From: Octopus sinensis
Taxonomy: Eukaryota
Assembly: GCF_006345805.1 (NCBI RefSeq)
Contig: NC_043023.1
Location: forward strand, 2,666,001 to 2,730,000
DNA: 64,000 bases
Direction: 5' to 3'
Shown piece after piece: positions 24,097 through 37,161 of the stretch (positions are counted from its first letter, which is position 1; the number at the start of each line of letters is the position of its first letter). The position numbers and the translations under genes are program-made. The notes under the pieces are model-generated. The model was given only the letters and a program-made list of their open reading frames with translations, ran no database searches and was not told the origin of the DNA.

Positions 24097-25372
24097 TATA
24101 TATATATATATACATATACACATATATATATATATATATAAATACACACACACACACATATATATATATATATCAAAAGGGAACAAAAACGCAATAAAGG
24201 ACAATAAAACATTCGGACAGATAGATGATACAAAGGTGGACAAGAGAAACAACAATTAGAAGGACACGCAAAAAAGATGGATCATTCTTGGCTTTCTTTT
24301 CTCAGTCAAGTACCAGATGTCATGACAATTTTGGGCAGTTACACTTGAGATGGTTTGATCTGGTTACCCCCCAAAATGTCTAAGCTAAGAGCATTTGACC
24401 CCTTTGTAAGAAAGCTAGTGAATATGTACGGCAACAAAGACAAAAAAAAACCCAAATAAACAAAAAAAAAAGGAGAACATGGTACATAATTACAAATACA
24501 AACAACAAGAATATAACAACAGGTGTCTTTCGACTGAGAACGAATCAAATTGAGCTGGCATGAATAGAGTGAAAGCCTAAAGGCAGGAACATAGGAGATG
24601 GACACAAGAGGTGTTGACAGTTGGCAGCCAGGCCAAGAAAGATGGCTGGCTGGACACTGGTCATGTGGAAGGAGGAGGGATGGGTAGCAGGCAACAGGAT
24701 GTGTCTTTGTGTCTGTGTTTGTCTTCCCATCACCACTTACTAACCAGTGTTGGTGTGTTTACATTCCCGTAACTTAGCAGTTCAGCAAAGGAGACTGATA
24801 CAATAAGTAATTGGCTTAAAAAATAAATCCTGGGGGCAAGGTGGTGCTCCAGCATGGCTGCAGTCAAATTACTGAAACAAGTAAAAGAATAAAAGAATAT
24901 ATTTATACACGATGCTAATAAAGAGAAGAAATTATAGAAATTAGTCATGACTCATTTTACCCCATTTTAGACAATTTTTTGAAAATTGAAAATTATCAAA
25001 TTAGACATTAGCGTGGGAAAAAAATTGATTTGGAAACCAACAGAGAAAAGAATATTGATTGTTAAACACTGAAAATTATTCAGATATTTTATTAATAGTC
25101 TCAATTACAATTGGATCAAAGTTCAGGAGAAATTTCTTGAGAAAAGAGGGCCTGCCACTTGACTATGTTTCGGACTCTCTTAGCTTCAACAACAACAACA
25201 ACTATATAGTAAAGATTGGTTGCCAACATAATATGGCAGTCCTGGGTTAGGACGAATGTTGCTGTAGTTTAGCCCCAGGGGCCATCGTCTCCAGCTGACT
25301 ATACAACACAATCTGTGTCCTTATATTTTCGAACAAGGGAATCTAGTACCCCCACTCAGCTCAAAACAATAT

Positions 25373-25415
25373 CTGTGTATCACGATTTCTGGGTTATTTC
25401 TCTTCATCAGCACAG
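25373..25415 (-). ncRNA. Minimal type I hammerhead, monomer 1
   Basis: CTGTG CTGATGA AGAG aaataa CCCA GAAA TCGTGA TA CACAG; AUA site; weak stem II. Confidence 0.72.
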
Positions 25416-25710
25416 AATAATTGCTTGGCTAGAGGTGGCGCTGCCAAATTCCCGTTCAAAATATATAGTTTTCAAAATGACAACTAGTCACTGATCTATA
25501 AATTAGAAAATTACTACTTTTAAATATTCAGTAACAGTACTTTGTAATAAAGATTGTTTCCACACATAATATGGCAGTCCTGGTTTAGGACGAATGTTGC
25601 TGTAGTTTAGCCCCAGGAGACATCATCTCTAGCTGGCTATACGACACAATCTGTGTCCTTATATTTTCGAACAAGGGAATCTAGTACTCCCACTCAGCTC
25701 AAAACAATAT

Positions 25711-25753
25711 CTGTGTATCGCGATTTCTGGGTTATTTCTCTTCATCAGCACAG
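25711..25753 (-). ncRNA. Minimal type I hammerhead, monomer 2
   Basis: As monomer 1 but with perfect palindromic stem III ATCGCGAT. Confidence 0.75.
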
Positions 25754-26012
25754 AATAATTGCTTGGCTAGAGGTGGCGCTGCCAAATTCCCATTCGAAAT
25801 ATATAGCTTTCAAAGTGACAACTAGTCACTGATTTATAAATTAGAAAATTACTATTTCTAAATCTCACGATGTGAGATATTCAGCAACAGTACTTTGGAG
25901 TGAAGATTGTTTGTCTAGTGGACATCATCTCCAACTGGCTATATGACTCAATCTGTGTCCTTATATTTTCGAACAAGGGAATCTAGCATCCCCACTCAGC
26001 TCAAAACAATAT

Positions 26013-26053
26013 CTGTGTATCGTGATTTGTGGGTTATTTCTCTTCATCAGCAC
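26013..26053 (-). ncRNA. Hammerhead, monomer 3, G12 mutated
   Basis: GAAA changed to CAAA; stem I cut by the inversion junction. Confidence 0.5.
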
Positions 26054-26388
26054 CTGGAAATCGTGATACACAGATATTGTTTTAAGCTGAGTGGGGGTGC
26101 TAGATTCCCTTGTTCAAAAATATAAGGACACAGATTGTGTCATATAGCCAGCTGGAGATGATGTCTCCTGGGGCTAAACTACAGCAACATTCGTCCTAAA
26201 CCAGGACTACCATGTTATGTTGGCAAACAATCTTTACTACAAAGTACTGTTGTTGAATATCTCACGTTGTGAGATTTAAAAATAGTAATTTTCTGATTTA
26301 TAAATCAATAAAGTAACTAGTTGTCACTTTGTAAACTATATATTTCAAATGAGAATTTGGCAGCGCCACCTCTAGTCAAACAATTATC

Positions 26389-26431
26389 CTGTGCTGATGA
26401 CAGGAAATAACCCGGAAATCACAATACACAG
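26389..26431 (+). ncRNA. Minimal type I hammerhead in the inverted half
   Basis: CTGTG CTGATGA CAGG aaataa CCCG GAAA TCACAA TA CACAG. Confidence 0.65.
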
Positions 26432-26675
26432 ATATTGTTTTAAGCTGAGTGGGGGTGATAGATTCCCTTGTTTGAAAATAAAAGGACACAGATTGTGTCG
26501 TATAGCCAGCTGGAGATGATGTCTCCTTGGGCTAAATTACAGCAACATTCATCCTAAACCAGGACTGTCATGTTATGTTGGCAAACAATCTTTACTACAA
26601 AGTACTGTTGCTGAATATCTCACGTTGTGAGATTTAAAAATAGTAATTTTATAACAACATCTATTCTTTTTTTTT

Positions 26676-27060
26676 ATTCTTTTACTTGTTTCAGTCATTT
26701 GACTGCGGCCATGCTGGAGCACCGCCTTTAATCGAGCAACTCGACCCCGGGACTTATTCTTTTATAAGCCCAGAACTTATTCTATCGATCTCTTTTGCTG
26801 AACTGCTAAGTAACGGGGACATAAACACACCAGCATCGGTTGTCAAGCAATGCTAGGAGGACAAACACAGACACAAACACATACACGCATATATATATAT
26901 ATACATATATACGACGGGCTTCTTTCAGTTTCCGTCTACCAAATCCACTCACAAGGCTTTGGTCGGCCCAAGGCTATAGTAGAAGACACTTGGCCAAGAT
27001 GCCACGCAGTGGGACTGAACCCGGAACCATGTGGTTGGTAAAGAAGCTACCTACCACACA
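26676..27060 (-). mobile_element. CORE-type SINE, near full length
   Basis: Family match. Confidence 0.9.
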
Positions 27061-27409
27061 TCCTAATTATACTGTACCAATGCAAACGATGATGCAATAA
27101 TTATAATGTAAGGATTTCAAAGTGAAAGAGAAAAACATGGCAAAAAAATCAGAAATTTCCCATTTTGTCCAACCTCCAGACTCTACGTTTTCTTTATGTT
27201 GTTGTAACTGTGATAGGTTTCCCTCTGCCATGCAAGGAATCTCTGTTCCCTGTTAAATTTGGTAGATCCTTAATTTTATGTTGGGAGTTTCTGTGCCTAA
27301 CATGACTGTGGTTGAGTGGTTTTTGTCCTTTATGAAGGGTTATGGTTTTCCAGAATGTGGTGACTGGTGCCCTTGGTTTGTAATTTGCATTCAATCCACT
27401 CAGTGATGA

Positions 27410-28210
27410 AGTGGAAGAAGAAGAAGAACTAGAGAGAGAAGGAGAAGAAAAAGAAGAAAGAACTAGAGAGAGAAGGAGAAGAAAAAAAAGAAGATAAAGA
27501 AAAAGATGAAAGAACTAAGGAAAGAACGAACTAGAGAAAGAAAGAAAAAAATGGAGGAGGAGGAAGAAGAAGAAAACTAGAGAAAGAAAGAAGAAATGGA
27601 AAAAGAAGAAGAAAAAAGAAGAAAGAACTAGAGAGAGAAGGAGAAGAAATGGAAGAGGAAGAAGAAGAAAACTAGAGAAAGAAAGAGAAGAAATGGAGGA
27701 GGAAGAAGAAGAAGAAGAAATCTAGAGAAAGAAAGAGAGGAAATGGAAGAAGAAGAAGAAGAAGAGAAGAAGAAGAAGAAGAAGAGAAGAATAGAGAAAG
27801 AATGGAGAAGAAGAAGAAGAAGAACTAGAGAAAGAAAGAGAAGAAATGGAAGAAGAAGAAGAAGAAAACTAGAGAAAGAAAGAGAAGAAATGGAGGAGGA
27901 AGAAGAAGAAGAAGAAAACTAGAGAAAGAAAGAGAGGAAATGGAAGAAGAAGAAGAAGAAGAAGAACTAGAGAAAGAAAGAGAAGAAATGGAAGAAGAAG
28001 AAGAACTAGAGAAAGAAAGAGAAGAAATGGAAGAAGAAGAAGAAGAAAACTAGAGAAAGAAAGAGAAGAAATGGAAGAGGAAGAAGAAGAAGAAATAACT
28101 AGGGAAAGAAGAAGAAATGGAGAAAGAAGTAGAAAATTGGAAGAAGACAATTGGAGAAAAACGAAGAATTGGAGAAAGAAGAAGAAGAAGAAGAAGAAAG
28201 AGGAAAAAGT
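27410..28210. repeat. Purine-rich minisatellite (GAA runs with aactagagaaagaaagag...aaatgg unit)
   Basis: Direct inspection. Confidence 0.92.
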
Positions 28211-28422
28211 GGAAGAAAACGTGTATTGTCTAAATTTGATAAAAATTCTTTAATCAATGAATGCCAGTTATATTCCTTATCGGCAGTTCCTTGAAAGGAA
28301 ACCATATTTTTCTTGTAAGCAATCACAACCAAAATTCTCTTTTACTCTGCCACACCAAAAATCTCTGTTCTCCATTATTTTTGGGGGATCCTCCATTTCA
28401 AGCTGTGTTTCCTTACCAATAT

Positions 28423-28810
28423 ACTCTTTTACTCTCTTTTACTTGTTTCAGTCATTCGACTGTGGCCATGCTGGAGCAACACCTTTAGTCGAGCAAATCG
28501 ACCCCGGGACAAATTGTTTGTAAGCTTAGTACTTATTCTATCAGTCTCTTTTGCCAAACCGCTAAGTGACAGGGACGTAAACACACCATCATCGGTTGTC
28601 AAGTGATGTTGGGGGGGGGGGGCAAACACAGACACACAAACATATATACACACACATACGTATATATATATATATATATACATATATATACATAGTTTCC
28701 ATCTACCAAATCCATTCACAAGGCTTTGGTCGGCCCAAGGCTGTACTAGAATACACTTGGCCAAAGTGTCACGCAGTGGAACTGAACCCAGAACCATGTG
28801 GTTGGTAAGC
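28423..28810 (-). mobile_element. CORE-type SINE, head lost into (CATC)n
   Basis: Family match. Confidence 0.88.
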
Positions 28811-29470
28811 ATCCATCCATCCATCCATCCATCCATCCATCCATCCATCTGTCTATCCATCTATCCATCCATCCATCTATCCATCCATCCATCCATCCAT
28901 CCATCCATCCATCCATCCATCTGTCTATCCATCTATCTATCCATCCATCTATCTATCCATCCATCCATCCATCCATCTGTCTATCCATCCATCTATCTAT
29001 CCATCCATCCATCCATCCATCCATCCATCTGTCTATCCATCTATCTATCCATCCATCCATCCATCCATCCATCCATCCTCCATCCATCCATCTGTCTATC
29101 CATCTATCTATCCATCCATCTATCTATCCATCCATCCATCTGTCTATCCATCTATCTATCCATCCATCTATCCATCCATCCATCCATCCATCTGTCTATC
29201 CATCTATCTATCCATCCATCTATCTATCCATCCATCCATCCGTCCATCCATCGATCCGTCTATCCAACTGTCCATCTATCCATCCATCCACCCATCCATC
29301 TATCTATCTATCCATCCATCCATCCATCCATCCATCTATCTATCCAGCTGTCCATCCACCCACCCACCCATCAATCCACCCATCCAAATCAACCCATCCA
29401 CCCACCCATCCATCTATCCCTCCATCCATCCATCCATCCATCCATCCATCTATCTCTACCTACCTATCTA
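28811..29470. repeat. (CATC/TATC)n microsatellite
   Basis: Direct inspection. Confidence 0.95.
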
Positions 29471-30379
29471 TCTATCATCATCATCGTCATCGTCATCATT
29501 GTAAGTGTTGTCAAATTCATCGTTGTTTTTGTAATCCTCATAATCATCATCATCTTCATCATCATCCGTCCATCCATCTTTCTATTTGTTTATGTTTGTC
29601 TCCCCCCCCACCGCCTGTCTTCTTCCCTTCCTGGTTCCCCTTCTCCCTCTCTCTCTTATTTCTATCTATCCATCCACCTACAAACCTACCAACCCACCCA
29701 CCTACCTACCTTTCCTCCTCCATCCTAACCATCTTCACCATTTCCTCTGTCACCCTACCCCCCACAGCCAAACCATCTTCATTTCAAAGACATCCACAGA
29801 ACAGAACATTCCAGAAGACATTTCTTACAGGAATATATTAAATTCTTCATCATTTCTAACATTCAAATGCCAAAAATGCAAATTTGGCAGAATCTCTCTT
29901 TAAAATTTTAGTTTAATGGAATTCAAAAATGCAACAACAACAATAATAATAATATTCAATTATTCATTAATTATTTATTTTTTATATAATAATAATAATA
30001 ATTATAATTATAATTTTTGTTGCTGTTGTTATTATTAGAAATATGCAAAAGTAAAAAGAAATTAATCCAAGATTTAATTTTTCTTACCATCATCATCATT
30101 CTCACAATCATCATCATCTTCATCTTCACCATCCTCTTCTACCTCCTCCTCCTTCTCCTCCTCCTCCTCCTCATCATCATCATCACCATCATCTTCATCA
30201 TCACCACCATCTTCATCATCATCATCATCATCTTGATCATCACCATCATCATCCTCTTCTACTCCTCCTCATCATCACCTTCATCATCACCTTCATCATC
30301 ACCATCATCTTCATCATCATCATCATCTTCATCTTCACCATCATCATCCTCTTCTACCTCCTCCTTCTCATCATCGTCC

Positions 30380-30452
<73 letters not shown>

Positions 30453-30795
30453 TTTCATCTTCACCATCATCATCCTCTTCTACCTCCTCCTCCTCATCAT
30501 CATCATCATCATCCTCATTTAGCGTTCATTTCCCATGTTAGAACGTGCTGGACAGTTTGATAGGATCTGGCTATTTGGAGGACTGCACCAACCCCTAGCA
30601 TCTCCTGTGACATGATTTTCATGGCTGGATGCCCTTCCTAACATCAATCACCAGGTACATTTTTTTTTTACATAACTTGCAAAACAAAGCCTCCTCAAAT
30701 GAGAGGAGGAGCAGTGTTGAGTGAGGTGGCGTTGAGGTATGATAGATTGACAGAAACACATGTCTAGCTCATATATATATATTCATTTGTGTGTG

Positions 30796-30837
<42 letters not shown>

Positions 30838-30838
<1 letters not shown>

Positions 30839-31910
30839 GAGGGAATATTATTCCAAACTTACAGGGAAAAATTCAGTTTAGAAATATTAAATCAAATTTC
30901 ACAAAATATAATATATATATAAATTAGAAAAAACCCCCACATTTTATCAATTCAATAATGAAAAATTAAATTATACCATTTAGAAAAATTACATATTATA
31001 GAAAAATTAAATATAAGATAAAACATATAACGAGGATTAAGAAGTGTGCAAAATAATAAATAAAACGTATATATTTCTTAAATATAGCCACAAAACACAT
31101 GTCGTTATTCTACCAAATCTATACATTTTATTTATTATTTACACATTGGTATATGTTTTATGTTATATTTAATATTTCTATTATAAGTAACTAGCAGTAT
31201 CGCCCGGCGTTGCTCGGGTTTGTAAGGGAAATAACTATATAAGCATTTTTAGAGATGTAAAGTATAATAGCCATCTCAATATGGCTAACCACAAAGGTGG
31301 TGGGGTTACTGTAGCTTTTTACGTTCTGAGATTTAATAATAAATTTTTAGAGGGTTACTTCCCTTATATATGCCAAAAATGCATTAAAAATGGGAAAAAT
31401 GATGGTAAATTATTTTTTAAATCGTAGACTCATCGTAGACGCGCACTAATACCCAGAAGGGCTCGATATGAATCACGACTATAAGATACCCGCTTTTGGT
31501 TAAACTGCACCGCAAAATGTGGGAGTAGTTAGGAATCTAAATTGGTGGAGACAGACACACAACTACATTTTTATATATAAAGATTAGAAAAAAAACCCAC
31601 CTTTTATCAATAACGAAAATTTAAATTATACCATTTAGAAAAATTACATATTATACAAAGATAAAATATAAGATAAAATATAAGATAAAATATATAACGA
31701 TGATTAAGTAAAGTGCAAAATAATAAATAAAACGTATATATTTGGTATATATATACGTTTTATTTATTATTTTGTACGTTACTTAATCATTGTTATATGT
31801 TTTATGTTATATTTAATATTTCTATTATAAGTAATTTTCTAGATAGTGTAATTCAATTTTTTCATTATTGAATTGATAAAAAGTGGTTTTTTTCTAATTT
31901 ATATATATAT
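30838..31910. repeat. Two adjacent diverged AT-rich inverted pairs of the 5692-5930 family, separated by a Helitron
   Basis: 30838-31075 (-) with 31120-31190 (+); 31585-31742 (-) with 31748-31910 (+). Confidence 0.7.
31191..31583 (-). mobile_element. Non-autonomous Helitron, 393 bp
   Basis: Minus strand A|TCtttatatataaaa ... cccgagcaacgccggg hairpin (31203-31218), 8 nt, CTAG|T. Confidence 0.88.
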
Positions 31911-31911
31911 A

Positions 31912-32203
31912 TCACGTGATCACGTGACCGACCAGTCCATTAGATGTAGTTACACATCGCTAGTCACAATGCGTTCGCATTGTTTTAGTCTTCGAATGAC
32001 GCCACCCCACTGGCTAAGCGAGCAGGCCAACAGAAGAAAGAGTGGTGAAAGAGTACAGCAGGGATCACCATCCCCTGCCGGAGACTCGTGGAGCTTTTAG
32101 GTGTTTTCACTCAATAAACACTCACAACGCCTGGTCTAGGAATCAAAACCGCGATCCTACGACCGCGAGTCCACTGCCCTAACCACTGGGCCATTGAGCC
32201 TCC
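31912..32203 (-). mobile_element. tRNA(Arg)-like SINE, full length
   Basis: Head ggaggctcaatggcccagtggttagggcagtggactcgcggtc...ggttttgattcc with A and B boxes. Confidence 0.8.
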
Positions 32204-32213
32204 ACACACACAC

Positions 32214-32285
<72 letters not shown>

Positions 32286-32453
32286 GTAGGAATGGTTGTG
32301 TGGTAAGTAGCTTGCTAACCCACTACATGGTTCCAGGTTCAGTCCCACTGCGTGGCACCTTGGGCAAGTGTCTTTTACTATAGCCTCAAGCTGACCAAAG
32401 CCTTATGAGTGGATTTGGTAGATGGAGTCTGAAAGAAGCCTGTCGCATATATG

Positions 32454-32488
<35 letters not shown>

Positions 32489-32636
32489 ATATGTTTGTGT
32501 GTCAGTGGTTGTCCCCCAAACATTGCTTAACAACTGATGCTGGTGTGTTTACATCCCCGTGACTTAGCAGTTCGGCAAAATAGACCGATGGAATAAGTAC
32601 TAGGCTTACAGAGAATAAGTCCTGGGGTCAATTTGC
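32286..32636 (+). mobile_element. CORE-type SINE, 3'-truncated
   Basis: Family match. Confidence 0.88.
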
Positions 32637-32650
32637 ATTTGTGTATGTAG

Positions 32651-32705
<55 letters not shown>

Positions 32706-33201
32706 ATATATATATGTTCATATGCATGTGTGTATATGTTATGTATGTATATATACGTATATATATTTGTATCTATATATCTGAATGAATGAATTTCCAT
32801 TCCTTAAGTCTTCCTTGCTCATTCATTTCTTACACCATTCTCTTCTTTCTCTCCTTCTTTCCTTCCTTCCATCCTTACCTTCTTTCTTTCTTTTTTTCTC
32901 ATTCGCTTTTCGCTCCTTTCATACTCTTACACGCTTCCCTCCTCCCCTTCCCAGAACCCACCCCTGCCCCACTTGTCTTTCTCTTCCTTGCTTCCTTCCT
33001 TCCATTCTTCTCACCCATATTCTCCCCTCTCCCAACCGCTCCACCTCAGCCAACACCACCACCACCTCTACCACAATCATAATGTATGCAAAATAAAAAT
33101 GCATATCATCTTTTGTCTCTTAAATAGCTTCTCTTAATCTTTTTCATTCAGTGGAGTTTCCATGGGTCCCACATAATTTATATATGTGTTACATATATAA
33201 A

Positions 33202-33386
33202 GGCACAGGAGTGGCTGTGTGGTAAGTAGCTTGCTTACTAACCACTTGGTTCCAAGTTTAGTCCCACTGCGTGGCACCTCGGGCAAGTGTCTTCTACTAT
33301 AGCCTTGGTACGACCAAAGCCTTATGAGTGGATTTGGTAGACGGAAACTGAAAGAAGCCTGTCATATATCTGTATATATACACAAA

Positions 33387-33437
<51 letters not shown>

Positions 33438-33647
33438 ATGTGTCTGTTATTAGTCCCCACCCCAACATTGCTTGACAACTGATGCTGGTGTGTTTACGTC
33501 TCCATAACTTAGCGGCTCAGCGAAAGAGACCGATAGAATAAGTACTAGGCTCACAAAGAATAAGTCCTGGGGTCGAATTGCTTGACTAAAGGCGGTGCCC
33601 CAGCATGGCCTCAGTCAAATGGCTGAAACAAGTAAAAGAGTAAAGAG
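33202..33647 (+). mobile_element. CORE-type SINE, full length
   Basis: Family match. Confidence 0.92.
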
Positions 33648-34191
33648 TATATATATATTTGTGTATATATGTATATTATGTATGTATATTTGTGTTTATG
33701 TGCGTGTACATGTGTATATACACAAACATGCACACATTTTTTATTTAGCTGTCTATCAATTAATTCTTTCAGATATGAGCTTGAGTGTGTAAATAATATT
33801 CCACTCTGTGTACAAGTATTGAGTACATCCTGGCACCTAACTGTTCCAGGCCAGTGTAATGTGGGTTTCAAATGTTGGCACATGACCAGCATATTCAGAG
33901 GGAGAGGGGTAAGTCAATCACATTGCCCCCCCCCAACCCCCGGGGTTCAACTGGTGTTTATTTTATTGACTGCAATAGGATGATGCGCAAAGTCAACTTT
34001 GGCAGAATTTGAACTCAGGATGTTAAGATGGCGCAGGAGTGGCTGTGTAGTAAGTAGCTCGCTTACCAAACACATGGTTCCAAGTTCAGTCCCACTGCAT
34101 GGCAACTTGGGGCAAGTGTGCTCTACTATAGCCTTGGGCCAACCAAAGCCTTCTGAGTGGATTTGGTAGACGGAAACTGAACGAAGCCCAT

Positions 34192-34228
<37 letters not shown>

Positions 34229-34235
34229 ATATCTA

Positions 34236-34267
<32 letters not shown>

Positions 34268-34569
34268 GGAGGCACATGGCCTAATGGTTAGAGCAGCAGA
34301 CTTGCGGTCAAGGGGTCACAGGTTCGAATCTCAGACCGGGCAATGTGGTGTTTATGAACAAAAACACCTAAGCCCCACACGGCTCCGGCAGAAGGTAATG
34401 GCAAATCTCTGCTGACTCTTTCGCCACAACTTTCTCTCACTTTTTCCTCCTGCTTCTTGCAGATCACCTGCGACGGACCAGCATCCCGTCCTGGTGGGGA
34501 ACCTCTATGCCAAGGAAACCGGTAAACCGGCCCTTATGAGCCAAGCATGGCTAAATAAGGAACAAACAA
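34268..34569 (+). mobile_element. tRNA(Arg)-like SINE with V-domain-like tgcgacggaccagcatcccgtcc motif
   Basis: Head tggcctaatggttagagcagcagacttgcggtc...ggttcgaatc; sits between two fragments of the CORE-type SINE (34030-34190 +, 34580-34695 -). Confidence 0.75.
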
Positions 34570-35006
34570 TCCATGTACAAAGGCTTTTGGTCAACCCAAC
34601 GCTATAGTAGAAGACACTTGCCCAAGGTGCCACTGAGTGGGACTGAACCCGGAACCATGTGGTTGGTTAGCAAGCTACTTACCACACAGCCACACCTATA
34701 TATATATATTAACACACACACACATAAATATATACACATATATATACACACTGCTTTACTCCAATCTGTTGAAGGAAGTTGAGCAAGTCAATTATAATAT
34801 CATTTCATACATATTCACCACAAATTCAAAGCCTTGATTTTTTTTATTTGTTTACTTATGACCATCATCACAATCATCATTATTATAATCACTATTGTAG
34901 TAGTAGTAGTAGTAGTATTTTTTGAAATTTTATTTCATACATATTCATCACAAATTCAAATCTTTACTTTTTTATTTCTTCTTCTTCTTCTTCTTCTTCT
35001 TCGTTG

Positions 35007-35038
<32 letters not shown>

Positions 35039-35536
35039 TTCTTCTTCTTCTTCTTCTTTTTCTTCTTCTTCTTCTTCTCCTTCTTCCACTTCTTCTTTTT
35101 CTTCTTCTTCCACTTCCTCTTCTTCTACTTCTACTTTTTTCTTCTTCCTTTTCTTCTTCTTTTTCCTATTCTTCTTCTTCTTCTTACTATTATTATTATT
35201 ATTATTATTGTATCATATTACCATTCTGAGTACCATAACATTGGTGTCATAAACTATTATCATTATTGTTATTATTATTATTGTTATTATCATTATTATT
35301 TATTATTATTATTATCATTATTGTTATTATTATTATTATTAACATCATTATTATTATATTATTATTATTATTATTATTAATTGTCACTCCCATACATTGT
35401 AAGGAAATGAAGGCATTGAATTTAAGAGGTGTGATAAGAGAAGTAGTGGGAGGTGAAAGAAAAAGACACCAAAATGCTTTTTTTGTATTATTCATAAATT
35501 TTGTTCATTCCATTTTCAATCTATCATCATTAACAA

Positions 35537-35585
<49 letters not shown>

Positions 35586-36127
35586 TTATTTTCTATTCTA
35601 TCTTTTTGTTATATATTTGGGTTTTTTTCAGAATTCAATTTATGATTTTGCATTCAATGTTGTGTTCTCGCTTCTTCGCTTGTCCTCTTAATTCTTGTTT
35701 TTCATTCTTTAACTTTCATTCCCTGACAATTTGGAAGAAGTTTGTTGTTTGTCATTTAGCTATTCTTGTTTTTTTTTTTTCTTTTTCTTGAATTCTATTC
35801 TTTTTTTTTTGGGTGTGTGTGTTATTCTTACTTTGGTTCTGAGTTATGATGAGAGGGCCATATTTTTAATTGGCCCTCAATACCTTTTCCTGTCCCTAAA
35901 TACTACTCTGCAATCCTTCAAAAGATCTTCTCTTGCAAGTTCCTTGGTGACCTTGCTGGTGCTAGTGCCATGTAAAATGCACCAGCCTACCTCTGTAAAG
36001 TGGTTGGCATTAAGAAGGGCATCCAGCTGTAGAAACCATACCAAAGCAAACCTCACAGGTGTTGGTGCCATGCAAGAGGTACCCAGTATGTTCTGCTAAA
36101 TGGTTGGCTTTTGGAAGGGCATCCAGC

Positions 36128-36484
36128 TAATCATCATCATTGTTCGACTGTGGTCGAGACAATGGAATTTACCATGCTACGCCAGACTTGGGTCCATCAT
36201 AGCATTACGGAGGTCCTGTTGCTGGATGCCTGTATCCCTGGAGATTACATCAGGGTAAGAGAGTGTGCGCCCTCTGGTATTGCGAGCAGATGGCTTCCAG
36301 AGGAGAAGAGTAGAAATTACCTCGTTTTCAGCTCTACAACAATGTCCAGCAAATTGGACTCTTTTACCTTTCACATGAGATGACACAGGTGGTAATTTCC
36401 CATATATTTGTACTTTGCTTGGATGACACTTCCACGAGAGATTTTGAGCTCTCATAAGGAGGCGAGTGTAGGTTCCATCAAAGA
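36128..36484 (-). mobile_element. 5'-truncated RTE-X-like LINE with target-site duplication
   Basis: ORF 36177..36536 DGTYTRLLMRAQNLSW...FAGHCCRA...LLLWKP...SYPDVISRDTG; (GAT)n tail; catccagc repeated at 36120-36127 and 36485-36492. Confidence 0.78.
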
Positions 36485-37104
36485 CATCCAGCCAAAGAAA
36501 CCATACCAATTCAGACCTTGCTGGTGCTTGTTCCACATAAAATGTACCCAGTATGCTTCATAACATGGTTAGCATTTTGAAGGGTATCCAACCATAGAAA
36601 CCATGCCAAAGAAGACCTCTCCAGTGCTGGTGCTACGTAAAAACCACCCAGTCTACTTTGTTAAGTGCTTGCTATTAGGAAGGGCATCCAGCGGTAAAAC
36701 CATGCCAAAGCAAACCTCACTAGTGCTGGTGCCATGTAAAAAATGCATGATGTTGCAGATAGGGCCTAGTAAGAATTTTGTTCAAAAGGTCCTTGAATAG
36801 GGTTTGTTTAAGGATGATGAAAGAAACACCCATGTTTTCAGACACAATGAAATTCATCTCAGCACATTGCTATGATGCTCCCCCACTATTTCTGCTTGTG
36901 ATCAAAGATGCACATATCGTCAGCCAATAAGGGACAGGCTCAACTGGTTAAGGCCAAACAACTGACAAGCAAATCTGTGGTATTGAGCAGAATATTTACT
37001 GTAGCCCATCTTTTATACCAAGACAAAACAATGTACATGATAACACTTTCAATCAGTTAAGATCAGAAGCCATGAGAGCCACTGCCTGGTACTGCATCAT
37101 AAGG

Positions 37105-37106
37105 GC

Positions 37107-37161
<55 letters not shown>

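Larger units (their letters stand above)
25210..26650. repeat. HHR-bearing tandem array (monomers 338, 302 and 358 bp) with a head-to-head inversion at 26053/26054
   Basis: taaagattg recurs at 25210, 25548 and 25901; sequence after 26054 is the reverse complement of the same unit. Confidence 0.9.

Noticed and set aside
31912-34569. tRNA-like sequences
   Set aside because: They are SINE heads continuing into SINE bodies, without a complete cloverleaf; not called as tRNA genes.
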